Part shown: piece by piece, positions 50,001 through 52,106 of the stretch
How the letters are laid out: the number at the start of each line of letters is the position of its first letter
How positions within the stretch are numbered: position 1 is the first letter of the stretch
Source of the DNA: Macrostomum lignano
Lineage: Eukaryota
NCBI GenBank assembly: GCA_002269645.1
Contig: NIVC01004275.1
Coordinates: 1-52,106 of the forward strand
Length of the DNA stretch: 52,106 bases
Direction: 5' to 3'
The notes under the pieces: generated by a model
Database searches by the model: none
Told to the model about the DNA's origin: nothing
The model's input: only the letters and a program-made list of their open reading frames with translations
Translations under genes and position numbers: made by a program

Positions 50001-51923
50001 AGCGTAGCAAATCTGTTGACAGCACTGACGCTAAACGCGTGAACTGTTTCATTTAAGCACGTCGCATTGATAGACGATGCGTTGAAGTAGCCTTGGAAGG
50101 TGATCGAAAGTTGGCCATTCATACTGGGCAATGGAATCGTCTCTGTAATGGAATTTTAAAGATAAAAAGGTTGCGGAAATTTGCAAATCTTTCAGAAATA
50201 ATTGCACCGAAAAATCATTAATTTAGGCTAACTTACCATCTGAAGGTCTGCCAATCAATGTCATCTGAAAAGCTCCAGACTTGTCCTTGGGCAACCGTAC
50301 TTCTAGTACACCCATCAGGCCGGCGCACAGCTTTCCTGTGAGGTTGTAGCTCAGCTGAAATTAACAAAACATTAAAAGTCAGTTGTGATTTTCGCTCCTT
50401 TCAGCCAGAAATTTAGAACAGAAGTAGCACAGCGATGAACATACAGCATCATTTCTTTTCCTTTCGACGAGCGACGTGTTAAACTGCTGAAATCCTGAAG
50501 CGGTCAGGCAGCTGAGGTTTCGCATTCGAATGGTTGCGAAGTCACTGGAGTACAGGAGGTTAAAGTTGAGCAGCCTGATGGCGCGGTTGAACACGAATCT
50601 TCCAGTGTAGTTGCCAGATTCACCGACCAGCATTCCACGGGTCAGATCCATTGTGCTCATCAGCGGGATGAGGTAATCATCACCTTGGCGCACCTGAGTG
50701 CCATTGATGCTAAGCTGTGAGGAATTGGCGAAGACGTTGCCGGGCGTGTCGAGCATCGGATCCTTGCACGCTATGGAGTTGTTAATTGATGTGTACCATT
50801 ATTTTATAGTATATATAATGAGCACAAAATCTGCTTTTTCAGCCAGCACATGTGGGATTCACACAGTATCTTTCGCGATTTCATTTTCCATGCTCCAATT
50901 AATCCGCAAACAGTTTTCAACTTACGTGGGCCATCCTTAGACGGTCGGTACCAGGCGGGACAGTGAAGCGCGGGCGCGCCCATTTCCACGCTGCTTGCAG
51001 AAGACCCGCAGACTGGCGTAATCAGGGTTTTAACAACCGTGCTAAGGACGAATGTAGCGTTACGCGCAAAGTCGGGAGAAGAAAGTTGGTTTAGAACTTT
51101 GCGATAACAGCCACCGGGCAGTTTTACTTGGAAGAGGACCACAAGGTCAACGTTTGCAGACATCTCCAATCCCGATCTCTTGAGGGACACTCGAGATCGG
51201 AATGTCAGACTGTCGTTGCAAGCACTGGTGCCCGTTCCCCCGAATATGTCGCGTAGGTGTCTGGAAATGTTAAGAGTCGACTCAAACCGTGATACTAAAT
51301 CGGATGCTGACAGCAAAGTGGTGCAGGCAGTGGACAGGGCACTGGAAAATTTCAGATTGTTCGTCAGTCGTAGCAGATGAGCGCCGCGGTCTCGGATGCA
51401 GTTTGGCGCCCAGTCAGGGCAGGGCGTGATGTAGTTGCAGTAGCTCTGTAAGCAGCCGTACGTGCAAGTAGCATTCGCTCTATCATTGTCGCACGAATTC
51501 TGACCAATCATCTGCTTGGTGACCAGTTCCGTAGCGCAGCCCTTAGTTACTAACTGGCGAGTTGAGCTGCCGTATTGCCACCTTGAGTAGCAGGCCTGGC
51601 CAACGCTGCACGTCTGAACGTCAGTGCAATCGGCTGGGTTGGCAGCATCCACGCAAGTGTAGCACTTGATTGGCGCTGAAAGTTGTCGGGAGATTAAGCT
51701 TAAGGCCCCTTAAAAATCGGAAAGTAGATTAAGCTTAAGTGACAGCTTTACTCATTTCTAATGGCCCCTTAAAAATCTGAAAGTAGTATTTTTTACCAGT
51801 AAAGTTTCCGAAGAATTTCACTGTAACTGGCTGCTTTTTGGAGTTGCCTCTGTAGTCGATGGTTACTCGGAAGTTGATGACGTACTGCGTGACTTTACCA
51901 GTAGCCATGGTGTTAACAGCCAT
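41043..51923 (-). CDS. Giant type I membrane protein of uninflatable/SVEP1-like architecture; 5'-partial, 3,101 aa in window
   Basis: 16 GT-AG exons with compatible phases: 51923-51797, 51675-50926, 50770-50445, 50354-50237, 50142-49705, 49606-48918, 48830-48155, 47978-47250, 47162-46947, 46863-46691, 46562-46322, 46232-44043, 43947-43767, 43671-42935, 42855-42760, 42661-41043 (9306 nt, stop TAA). Domains recognised: Ly6/uPAR, FA58C-like, SEA-like, HYR, sushi, ephrin-receptor-like (GCC2/GCC3) repeats, 14 tandem EGF, LamG/pentraxin-like, EGF, TM and a short tail. Confidence 0.9.
41244..41318 (-). other. Transmembrane helix of the uninflatable-like protein
   Basis: AIVAIAVSCSVVAIAAIIAVAVYCV followed by KK stop-transfer residues. 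Confidence 0.92.
44047..45729 (-). other. Array of 14 tandem EGF-like repeats
   Basis: Counted from the translation, INQCDGSPC... to ...AFYGDRCE. Confidence 0.92.
51434..51670 (-). other. Ly6/uPAR (three-finger) domain
   Basis: IKCYTC...C....C...CY...TKGC...SC...CTYGCLQSYCN; 10 Cys, ending in the CN motif. Confidence 0.8.
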
Positions 51924-52106
51924 CTGAAATAGCCATAATGTTTAATACTGTTATCGTTTTCGCACTTCCGAATTATTTGCATTCTCAGCTTCCATTGATA
52001 GTAGAAATTCCTTTTTAATCCCTCTAAAAGATACTATACTATAAACTATATACTATATATAGTATCTTTTATCCCTCAACGCTGAGTTTTAGTGATTGTG
52101 GCTTGC

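Noticed and set aside
41070-51380. Numerous short plus-strand and alternate-frame ORFs
   Set aside because: Shadows of the GC-rich minus-strand coding exons.

Overview
Eukaryotic (invertebrate animal) genomic DNA with spliceosomal genes, dense tandem repeats and transposon debris. The style is compatible with a flatworm such as Macrostomum, but that is inference only. Four host genes are present. Mitochondrial-type SHMT (minus; 3' end runs off the window; its third exon is riddled with indels). COX5A (minus, 2 exons). MTAP (plus, 6 coding exons, 14705-37217, with 7.7-kb and 11.3-kb introns). A >3,100-aa uninflatable/SVEP1-like transmembrane protein (minus, 16 in-frame exons, 5' end outside the window). 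The most unusual region is MTAP intron 2. It holds an antisense, same-strand series of small ORFs, each preceded by a 3' splice acceptor: an intact Gly/RGG + CCHC zinc-knuckle micro-gene, a decayed LOTUS (OST-HTH)-domain gene, a coiled-coil ORF split by a P-element with TIRs and an 8-bp TSD, and a further decayed ORF with a weaker LOTUS-like pattern. Other notable items are a minimal type I hammerhead ribozyme in the COX5A intron, a Merlin/IS1595-like transposase relic, a hAT MITE with a perfect 8-bp TSD, three copies of a tRNA-derived SINE, a ~5-kb CpG desert, and minisatellites with higher-order structure. All coordinates, alignments and counts were made by eye; no database searches were run.
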